Of a DNA stretch of 57,077 nucleotides, positions 1-7,460 are shown in pieces. The notes beneath the pieces were generated by a model. The model had not been told where the DNA came from. It searched no databases and saw only the letters and a list, made by a program, of their open reading frames with translations. Every line of letters begins with the position of its first letter. Positions within the stretch are counted from its first letter, which is position 1. The DNA lies in assembly GCA_964539925.1 (NCBI GenBank), contig CAZILB010000003.1, positions 2,032 through 59,108 of the forward strand, given 5' to 3'. Origin of the DNA: an uncultured Syntrophobacter sp. GTDB taxonomy: Bacteria; Desulfobacterota; Binatia; UBA9968. The translations under genes and the position numbers were made by a program.

Positions 1-828
1 AGGGTCAGCCCGCCGCGCGAGCTGTGCGAGCTTCGACGGAGCCATCGCGGCGCGCTCCATGGCAATCTCTATGGCGTAGGCACCAAAGCGGCGCGCGACA
101 TCGCGCGTTTCCGGACTCGGACTCAAGGCGAAGTAGTCGTAGTCGCGAAGAACCGCGACGTTCTTGAAGCCCGCATCGCGGAACATATCCAGGTAATCCT
201 CATCGATGGTGGCGCCGACCACGCATTCCGCCCAAAGCTTCGGATCGGTCGCACAGTCTCGCGTCACCGGCCGGCGGATCACGATATCGGCGATCTGGGC
301 ATGCCCGCCGGGGCGCAGCACGCGGAAGATTTCGGCGATGGCTTTGCGCTTGTCAGGCGCGAGATTGAGCATTCCGTTACTGGTGACCACATCGACGCTT
401 GCGGCGGGCAGCGGAAGGGCTTCTACGCTGGACTCGACCACTTCCACATTGCCGATTCCGTGCCGCGCCGCCAGCTCGCGCAGCCTGCGGGCCATGGCCG
501 GGGTAATATCCACCGCGAGGATCTTTCCCCGCGGTCCCACAAGGCGCGCCGCGATCAGCGTATCGGTGCCCGTGCCGGCGCCGACGTCGAGGACCGTGTC
601 GCCCTTGCGGATCACGCCCGCGCGGAACGGACACCCCACCCCGGCAAACGATTGGAGCGCTTCTTCGGGAAGGTCTTCCAGCAGATCTTTGGAATAGCCC
701 ACCAGGAGGCAAGCCTCGCGTCCGACGGGAAAATGGAACGGACGCCGCGGGGTAACCGCCACCGCCGTATACATATCGCGCACAGCCGCGATAATTTTCT
801 CGCGCGTGAACCCGAATATGGCAACCAT
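1..828 (-). CDS. ArsM-like (arsenite methyltransferase family) SAM-dependent methyltransferase, 3'-partial (runs off the left edge)
   Basis: Not in the ORF track; translated by hand from ATG at 828: MVAIFGFTREKIIAAVRDMYTAVA..FHFPVGREAC..FAGVGCPF..VLDVGAGTGTD..DVVTSNGMLNL..VLRPGG..LWAECVVGA. It has SAM motif I and ArsM-type cysteines, and no stop before position 1. Confidence 0.8.
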   Translation of the reverse strand, partial: MVAIFGFTREKIIAAVRDMYTAVAVTPRRPFHFPVGREACLLVGYSKDLLEDLPEEALQSFAGVGCPFRAGVIRKGDTVLDVGAGTGTDTLIAARLVGPRGKILAVDITPAMARRLRELAARHGIGNVEVVESSVEALPLPAASVDVVTSNGMLNLAPDKRKAIAEIFRVLRPGGHAQIADIVIRRPVTRDCATDPKLWAECVVGATIDEDYLDMFRDAGFKNVAVLRDYDYFALSPSPETRDVARRFGAYAIEIAMERAAMAPSKLAQLARRADP

Positions 829-835
829 ATTATAC

Positions 836-1072
836 TTAAAACCGGCCGATGATTTCTTCGATGCGAGCGCGCAGGCGCGCCGGCGCGGAGATGCTTCCTG
901 CTTCGCGCAGATAGGATTTGAGTTTACCCTCGAACTCCGCGCGGCTGAAACACCCCCGGCATTCCTTCAGGTGCCATTCGATCTCGGCCGCGACATGGGC
1001 GTCGATCTCGCGGTCGAGATACACGATCAAATGCTTGAGAACTTCTTCGCAGCTCATCTCCCGATCAGGCAT
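836..1072 (-). CDS. Zinc-binding anti-sigma factor (zf-HC2/ZAS, RshA/RsrA-like)
   Basis: MPDREMSCEEV..YLDREI..HLKECRGC (HxxxCxxC); overlaps the end of the ECF sigma gene. Confidence 0.9.
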   Translation of the reverse strand: MPDREMSCEEVLKHLIVYLDREIDAHVAAEIEWHLKECRGCFSRAEFEGKLKSYLREAGSISAPARLRARIEEIIGRF

Positions 1073-1685
1073 TTTCGTCCCTCCCGGGTGCGTGGCCGGG
1101 CAGAAGGCCCGCATCCTGCGCATGCTGCCAGAGTGCGCGCTGCAATTGGCCCCGGGCGCGCGCTAAACGTGAGCGTATCGTGCCGATCGGGATTCCCAAA
1201 ATTTCAGCCGCCTCCGCGTAGGAAAATTCCTGGATATCGACCAGGACAATGGCGATCCGAAAGATTTCCGGCAGTTCGTCCAGCGCCCTTCCCACATCTT
1301 CGCGCAAAAAACTCGCGATCGCTTCCTCTTCGGGGGTCGCCCACCAGAGCAGAAATGGCTGGTGCAACTTTTCAAACAGCGAAAAGGCGTCGCCCGGGCG
1401 CTCGTCGCCCTCCGGCCCCATTGGAATTTCCGGGCTCGAGCGACGATGGCGCCGTTCGCTCATGAAGGTGTTGGTCAGAATGCGCCGGATCCAGGCTTCA
1501 AATTTTTTTCGCTCGCGCAGCTCGCCCAGCTTGGACCAGGCCTTGGCCACCGTCTCCGCAACCAGGTCTTCCGCATCCTCGCCGTTACGCGTCAGCCGCA
1601 GCGCGATTCCATAGAGCCGATCCGTGAGGCGCGAGACCTCTTCGGCGAAGAAGCGCTGTTGATCTGCTCTCGCTCGCCATTCCAT
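1065..1685 (-). CDS. ECF sigma-70 factor (SigH/SigR-like)
   Basis: Region 2 DAEDLVAETVAKAW..WIRRILTN; region 4 FSYAEAAEILGIPIGTIRSRLARAR; start taken at ATG 1685. Confidence 0.92.
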   Translation of the reverse strand: MEWRARADQQRFFAEEVSRLTDRLYGIALRLTRNGEDAEDLVAETVAKAWSKLGELRERKKFEAWIRRILTNTFMSERRHRRSSPEIPMGPEGDERPGDAFSLFEKLHQPFLLWWATPEEEAIASFLREDVGRALDELPEIFRIAIVLVDIQEFSYAEAAEILGIPIGTIRSRLARARGQLQRALWQHAQDAGLLPGHAPGRDENA

Positions 1686-1715
1686 GACGCATCGAATCAA
1701 ACGGGCTTTTCCTAT

Positions 1716-1741
1716 GACGCGCGAGGCCCGGATTCGGTTCC
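1716..1741 (-). promoter_or_regulatory. Putative autoregulatory ECF promoter GGAAC-N17-CGTC
   Basis: Minus strand reads GGAAC cgaatccgggcctcgcg CGTC, about 30 nt upstream of the sigma ATG; fits the general ECF AAC/CGT consensus. Confidence 0.6.
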
Positions 1742-1909
1742 CTCGAACGACATCCATAAGGCCCGGAAAATTCTCGCGCCCTGCCGGGAATGACGCGCGG
1801 CAGCAACCGGAAGGCAGAGCGAAACCTGCCGTCGGCCCGGCAGCGCCGTCGGCGGACCCCGGATAAACGAACGACGATAGGTACGCGGGAAGTCCCCGAG
1901 ACTCTGAAA

Positions 1910-2263
1910 CTATGAACCGACGCGCATCTTATAAATAGCGTCGGTCTTGGCCGCCATGATGAAATCGTTTTTATGCAGGTTCTTGATCTTGTGCGTCCAC
2001 CAGGTGACGGCGACTTTGCCCCATTCGGTGGTCAGGCGCGGATGATGGCCTTCTTCTTCGGCCGCAGCGCCGACGGCGCCGGTGAAGGCGATGGCGTCCT
2101 TGAAGTTCTTGAATCTAAACTCGCGATCAAGCTTGGGTATATTGCCGTCGGTAATAATGCGCCATTCGGGAATCTTGGGATGCAGCTCCTTGATTTCCTC
2201 CGGCGTCACCGGCGGCGCGCCGACCCGGCAGGCTTCGCATTTTTGTTCCGTCAGCTCTTCCAT
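1910..2263 (-). CDS. phhB: Pterin-4-alpha-carbinolamine dehydratase
   Basis: MEELTEQKCEAC..FKNFKDA..AEEEGHHP..WWTH..KNDFIMAAKTD. Confidence 0.93.
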   Translation of the reverse strand: MEELTEQKCEACRVGAPPVTPEEIKELHPKIPEWRIITDGNIPKLDREFRFKNFKDAIAFTGAVGAAAEEEGHHPRLTTEWGKVAVTWWTHKIKNLHKNDFIMAAKTDAIYKMRVGS

Positions 2264-2374
2264 AACCGTGATCCTCCGCAAAGGAATGGAACGACACTCA
2301 TTTAACCGCAAAGGGCGGGGTGATCGCAACTCGATGGGCTGGCCGTAGTCGCGGGGGTTGCCGTTGGGCAATTC

Positions 2375-3427
2375 TTAAAGCTGCGGCATCACCTCCGCGG
2401 CGAATTGCACCATGGACGCCTTCACCGCGTCGTGAGGCACGGTTCCGATATTGAACCAGCTGAGGAACTGGGTCGCACGGGTCCTTTGCGCCAGCTCCTT
2501 TAGCTTCTCGACCGCCAGCGCGGAATCGCCGATCACAGCGTGTTTTTCGCAAACTATATCGTACCCAACTACCGACCCTGCGGCCGTCTTAAGCCGCGCC
2601 GGCAATTCCGCGCCGCGTCGGGTCAACCAGTCGGTGTAATCCAGACGCATATCAAGAATGGTCTTGAAGTAACTCATCACGCCGGCTTCCGACCGCGTTC
2701 TGGCTTCGACTGCCGTCTTTGCCAGGTGAATGGGGATCAGCAGCCCCAATTCTTTGTTCTTGGGATCATGGCCATGCTTTTTCAATCCGGCCCAGTAGGC
2801 GTCGGCGAACTCGAAGACCTGGTCCGGTGTGCGGGTGTGAATCGGCAGGAATAAATTGATCCCGAGGCGCGCGCCGACTTCGACGCCGTCGAGGGAGCTG
2901 GTTGCCATGTAAAACGGCGGCAACGGGCGCTGCACGGGTTTGGGGTTGACGACAACCTCGGGAATCTTGAAAAAAGCACCGTCGAAGCTCAGCGTGTCTT
3001 CCGACCAGGCTTTACGGATGATTTCCAATCCTTCCGCCATGATCTCATGGGTGGATTTATGGTCCGCGCCAAAGCATTCGTAGGCCCGGCTATGCGGATG
3101 GCCGCCGCCGGCAGCGAACTCCATGCGGCCGTGGCTCAGCAGGTCGAGCGTGGCGGCCTGCTCTGCTAGCTGCACCGGATGATGCACCGGCAGAGTGTTG
3201 ACCGCCACCCCGAGACGGAGCTTCGTGGTTCTTTGCGCCACCGCGCCGAGGACCACGTAGGGCGCGGACAGAAGCGAAAACTTGGGCTGGCAATGAATCT
3301 CGGCGATCCAGTAGGTATCGTAACCTAAACGATCTGCGAGATCCGCCTGCTCGATGAACTCTTCGAGCCGGGCTGCGGGCGACGACCCTTGCGGGCACTG
3401 GATTTCGGTAAACAGGCTGAATTTCAT
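2375..3427 (-). CDS. LLM-class (luciferase-like) flavin-dependent oxidoreductase
   Basis: ADRLGYDTYWIAEIH, LRLGVAV, HPVQLAEQAATLDLLSHGR, PKPVQRP. Confidence 0.9.
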   Translation of the reverse strand: MKFSLFTEIQCPQGSSPAARLEEFIEQADLADRLGYDTYWIAEIHCQPKFSLLSAPYVVLGAVAQRTTKLRLGVAVNTLPVHHPVQLAEQAATLDLLSHGRMEFAAGGGHPHSRAYECFGADHKSTHEIMAEGLEIIRKAWSEDTLSFDGAFFKIPEVVVNPKPVQRPLPPFYMATSSLDGVEVGARLGINLFLPIHTRTPDQVFEFADAYWAGLKKHGHDPKNKELGLLIPIHLAKTAVEARTRSEAGVMSYFKTILDMRLDYTDWLTRRGAELPARLKTAAGSVVGYDIVCEKHAVIGDSALAVEKLKELAQRTRATQFLSWFNIGTVPHDAVKASMVQFAAEVMPQL

Positions 3428-3531
3428 TTCCGCCGGATTCCTCTCGGATGGTTATGGCTGCGCACGCACGAAACGGTAGACCGGCAGGATTTATCAAACC
3501 GGGATGAATTTTTCCCCATCCCCGCGGCGCG

Positions 3532-5133
3532 TTAGTAGCCGAGTGCATAACCCACCCGGCGCGGATCGGCGCCGGCAAGCCAGCAGCCGTTGTCGCGGTC
3601 GCAGGCGATGACCTTGGCGCTGCCGAAAGACCAGCGATCGACAACGGAAACCTTGTGGCCCTTCTTGCGCAAACCGTCGAGCGTCGCTGCGTCGAATCCC
3701 TCTTCCATACGCAGCGCCTCCGGCAACTGGTCGCGCGGCGGCGTGCCGGGCTGATGGCTCCATCGGGGGGCTTCGACCGCGCTCTGCGGGTCCATCTGCA
3801 GATCGACGAGATCGTGAATGACCTGAAAGTTGGTCTGCGGCTGCTCGTCGGCGCCGGGACTGCCGCCCACCGCGAAAAGCTCGTCATCGCGGAAAATCAT
3901 GTAGGTATTGAGCGTGTGCGCCGGCCGCTTGCCGGGTTGGAGCGAATTGGCCTTGCTTGGATCGAGTCCAAAACTGCATAGCCGGTTGTTCATGATCACT
4001 CCGGTGTCGCCGGCAATCAGCCGGGAGCCGAAGGGCGCAAAAACGCTTTGAATGAATGAAATGGCGTTGCCGTCCCGGTCGGCGGCGCAAAGATACGTCG
4101 TGTCGCTGCTCTGGTTGGCGGCGGCTTGCGCGGGGCGGTTCATGATCTCGCCGGCCAGATCGCACCGCCTGGCCGCGTGCTCCTTGGAAATCAACATGGC
4201 GATCTTGGGATCGCCGAAGGCGGGATCTTCCAAGTAGCGAATCCGGTCTTCGAAGGCGAGTTTTTTTGCCGCCACTTGATAATGAATGATGTCGGCGCGG
4301 CTCATGCTGCCATCGTGCATCGGCCAGGCCTCGGCGATATTGAGCATTTCCAGCACCATGAAGCCCTGAGACACCGGCGGCTGCTCGTAGATGAGCGTAT
4401 CGCGATAGCTCGAGCGCAGCGGTTCGAGCCACTGGCAGACCACCTTTTGTAAATCTTCTTGGGCGAGTATGCCGCCTTCGGCTTTGATCGTCGCGCAGAT
4501 CTTATCGGCGACCTCGCCGCCGTAGAAGCCGTCGCGCCCTTTGAGGGCGATCCTTTCAAACACCTCGCCCAACCCTTTTTGCACGACAATCTTCCCCGGC
4601 AGCGCCGCGCCGAGCGGCCGGCGATAAATTCGCTCCACCCAGGGAAAGTCCCGGCTGATGTCATCGATTGCTTCGGCAAATTCCTGCGAGATCGGAAAGC
4701 CGTCGCCCGCGATGCGCACGGCGTCCGCCGTCAGGCGACCCAGTTCTTTGGTGCCGTACTTTCGGTGCAGCTCGAGCCAACCGTCCACGGCGCCCGGCAC
4801 TGCAATGCTGAGAGGACCAAACTGCGGTATCCCCTTCAACCCCCGGCTCTGGAAATATTCGATGGTTGCCTTTGCCGGCGCCGGGCCGCTGGAGTTGAGC
4901 GCTTCAACCATGCCGGTCTTTTTCATCGCCACCAAGGCGAACAGATCGCCGCCCGGACCGCTGGTCTCGGGCTTGACCACCGCCAGAACGAACGCAGCGG
5001 CGAGAGCCGCATCGACGGCGTTGCCGCCTTCCTGGAGAACTTTAACGCCGGCCAGCGAGGCCAGTGCGTGGCCGGACGAAACCACGCCGTTTCGCCCCAT
5101 GATCAACGGCCGTGCCGCTTTGGTAAAATTCAT
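3532..5133 (-). CDS. ggt: Gamma-glutamyltransferase-family Ntn hydrolase, no signal peptide
   Basis: GGNAVDAA, VPGAVDGW, autoproteolysis site SD/TTY, PGKRP, GSPG, DPRR. Confidence 0.9.
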   Translation of the reverse strand: MNFTKAARPLIMGRNGVVSSGHALASLAGVKVLQEGGNAVDAALAAAFVLAVVKPETSGPGGDLFALVAMKKTGMVEALNSSGPAPAKATIEYFQSRGLKGIPQFGPLSIAVPGAVDGWLELHRKYGTKELGRLTADAVRIAGDGFPISQEFAEAIDDISRDFPWVERIYRRPLGAALPGKIVVQKGLGEVFERIALKGRDGFYGGEVADKICATIKAEGGILAQEDLQKVVCQWLEPLRSSYRDTLIYEQPPVSQGFMVLEMLNIAEAWPMHDGSMSRADIIHYQVAAKKLAFEDRIRYLEDPAFGDPKIAMLISKEHAARRCDLAGEIMNRPAQAAANQSSDTTYLCAADRDGNAISFIQSVFAPFGSRLIAGDTGVIMNNRLCSFGLDPSKANSLQPGKRPAHTLNTYMIFRDDELFAVGGSPGADEQPQTNFQVIHDLVDLQMDPQSAVEAPRWSHQPGTPPRDQLPEALRMEEGFDAATLDGLRKKGHKVSVVDRWSFGSAKVIACDRDNGCWLAGADPRRVGYALGY

Positions 5134-6155
5134 GCTGCGCTCACTCCCAGAATCCGCGCGGCATTACCGCCGAGGATTCTTTCTTTATCCGCCGCACTGA
5201 GATCCAAACCGTCGATGGCCTTGAGGCTGTTTTTGACCAGCACGCAGCCCTCTTCCGGCCCATAGGGGTAATTCGTTCCGAGCACCATCCGATCGGCGCC
5301 GAAAAAATCCTTGACACAGCGCAGGGTCGAAGCCGGATGGTCCGCGGTATCGACGTAAAAACGCCGAAAAGAATCGAGGGGATTTTCCTGAAGGCCGTAC
5401 TTGTGGCGGATCTCGTCGGTCCGGCCGGAATAAATGTTGATCGCGCGCTGGGCGAAAAACGCCAAAACGCCGCCCACGTCGGCGACTACCCATTGGATCT
5501 CGGGGAAACGCTCCAGGACGCGGCCATAGACGAGACGGGTCATGGCCACGGTGCTGTCGAAGGCCCAGCCGAAAATCAAGGTCGGCATGATATCGATGCC
5601 CACCGCTTCGGTCGCCAGCGGCGCCGTGGGATGCACGTAGACCGGCAGTTTATATTTCGCCAGCCGTTCGTAGATCGGGAACAACTCTTCGCGGTCAAGC
5701 GCCTGGCCGTTCAGGTTGGCGAAGCAGCCGAAACCCCGCAGTCCAAGCTCGTTGACCGAACGCTCAATCTCGTCAAGAGACGCTTTGATGTCGCATGTCG
5801 GCAGGGTGAAAAACCCGATGAAACGCTTGGGATGCTCGCGCGCGATCGCTGCGATGGCGTCGTTGGCCACGCGCGCGATCTCGACCGCGGCCGCCCCTTC
5901 AAAGCGATCCGCGCCCGGCGCCGGGATCGTCAAGACGTGGATATCGATCCCCAGTCGGTCCATGTGCTCGACCCGGCGCTGGATATCCTGGCCGTTGAAC
6001 GTCGCCGTGTTGATCCGGCACTTGAGCTTTTTGTCGTAAAAATAGCTCATGCCGCTGTGCGGGTCGGGCTCTTCGAGCACAACGGCGCCGTCGAGCCGCT
6101 TCATCGCGGCGAGATAAGCTTCCGGAAATAGGTGCGCTTGGAAATCGATTATCAT
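5130..6155 (-). CDS. Amidohydrolase_2 family protein (ACMSD/LigW-like)
   Basis: IIDFQAH, MDRLGIDIHVL, ANDAIA, PVYVHP, GTNYP; start at ATG 6155. Confidence 0.88.
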   Translation of the reverse strand: MIIDFQAHLFPEAYLAAMKRLDGAVVLEEPDPHSGMSYFYDKKLKCRINTATFNGQDIQRRVEHMDRLGIDIHVLTIPAPGADRFEGAAAVEIARVANDAIAAIAREHPKRFIGFFTLPTCDIKASLDEIERSVNELGLRGFGCFANLNGQALDREELFPIYERLAKYKLPVYVHPTAPLATEAVGIDIMPTLIFGWAFDSTVAMTRLVYGRVLERFPEIQWVVADVGGVLAFFAQRAINIYSGRTDEIRHKYGLQENPLDSFRRFYVDTADHPASTLRCVKDFFGADRMVLGTNYPYGPEEGCVLVKNSLKAIDGLDLSAADKERILGGNAARILGVSAA

Positions 6156-6195
6156 ACTTCTTTCAATTCCATGGGTCTTATAGGTCTCATGCGAC

Positions 6196-7227
6196 CTATA
6201 ATCCGTAGAGCGCCCGGGCGTTGTCGTCGAGGATTTTGTTGACCACCGGCGGCGGCACCGCGCCGTCTTCCCTGAGCTTGCGCAGGGCAAGTATCTCCGA
6301 AGACGTATCATTGTGGCCGTAGTCCGTGCCGATGACCAGCGTGTCGTCGCCGGAATATTTCAGCACGTAGGGCAGATCGTCGTCCGTCTGGCAGGTGACC
6401 CATATTTTATTTTTGCGCAGCACCTGGCTTTTGTCGACTTTAGTACCGCTGCGTTCGAAACGCCGGGCATAATCGTGAATCGCGTAGGGAACCCACTGGG
6501 AGCTGACCTCGATGAACGCCCACTTGGTCTCGGGAAATTTTTCCGGAATCCGGTTGAAGATCAGCGAGTGAAACGATCCCACGACGGCAAGCTTGAACTT
6601 GTTGAAGCCGCACTCGTTAAGAAAATAATCGTGCACGGCGAAGCTGCCGGTGGCCGAGTGTACACAGATCGGCAGGTCGAGCCGCCCGGCTTCCTGGTAG
6701 ATCGGGAAAAAATGCGGGTCGCTGATATGCTTGTCCCCTTCCAGGCCGCGCATAAAAATGCCGCAGGCGCCATTTTCTTTGGCATAGCGCGCCTCCTCAA
6801 TCGACTTGTCCACGGACAACATCGGCAGCACCGCGACCCAGCGCAGGCGCTCCGGCGCCGCTTTCCAGATATCGATCAGCCAGCGGTTGTAGCTGCGCGC
6901 CACGGCCAGCTCGACCTCGGGCCGTCGGGTAAAAGGACGAAGGAATATCGTTGGGTAAAGCACCTGCACGTCAATGTCGAGCTCGTCCATATGCTTTAGA
7001 CGGGCTTTGATGTCTTCCATCTCGCGCGACTCCCTGGAAGTGTCGTCGTAGCCAACGTTGCGCGCTTTGCCGATGTAAGTTCCATCGACCAGCCAGGATT
7101 CGCCGCCAGATGCGGCATCCTTGGGCGTCGGCACAATCCGCGGCCTCAGATCCCGTTCCGATTCAAGCATGTAGTCCCAGGTGTGCATGGTCTCCAGCAC
7201 ATGGGCATCCGAGTCGATCACCGGCAT
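6196..7227 (-). CDS. Amidohydrolase_2 family protein
   Basis: VIDSDAH, MDELDIDVQVLYPT, YNRW, PICVH, GTDYGH. Confidence 0.9.
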   Translation of the reverse strand: MPVIDSDAHVLETMHTWDYMLESERDLRPRIVPTPKDAASGGESWLVDGTYIGKARNVGYDDTSRESREMEDIKARLKHMDELDIDVQVLYPTIFLRPFTRRPEVELAVARSYNRWLIDIWKAAPERLRWVAVLPMLSVDKSIEEARYAKENGACGIFMRGLEGDKHISDPHFFPIYQEAGRLDLPICVHSATGSFAVHDYFLNECGFNKFKLAVVGSFHSLIFNRIPEKFPETKWAFIEVSSQWVPYAIHDYARRFERSGTKVDKSQVLRKNKIWVTCQTDDDLPYVLKYSGDDTLVIGTDYGHNDTSSEILALRKLREDGAVPPPVVNKILDDNARALYGL

Positions 7228-7229
7228 GA

Positions 7230-7448
7230 CTATATTCCTCCTGGATTAGATCGGGTATTACGCGGGGCCGGCGCCAGCCCGGTTTTTTCGGTCTTGGAGC
7301 CCACCGAACTGTTGCAGCCCTGGCAGGTGTAATCGTAAAGCTCGCCGTCCGGCAGCACAAGCAGCAATCGCTCGCGCACGGGCATCGCCCTGCCGCACTT
7401 GTTGCAGTAAAGCAACGCCGCATTAAACTGATCAAACGTCGACGCCAT
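7230..7448 (-). CDS. Small zinc-ribbon protein (CxxC..CxxC)
   Basis: LYCNKC..VRERLLLVLPDGELYDYTCQGC; packed between the EF-G paralogue and the amidohydrolase. Confidence 0.75.
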   Translation of the reverse strand: MASTFDQFNAALLYCNKCGRAMPVRERLLLVLPDGELYDYTCQGCNSSVGSKTEKTGLAPAPRNTRSNPGGI

Positions 7449-7460
7449 TGAAATGGCCTC

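Noticed and set aside
1-828. Selenocysteine in the ArsM-like protein
   Set aside because: The relevant positions are TGT/TGC Cys codons; there is no in-frame TGA in the visible part
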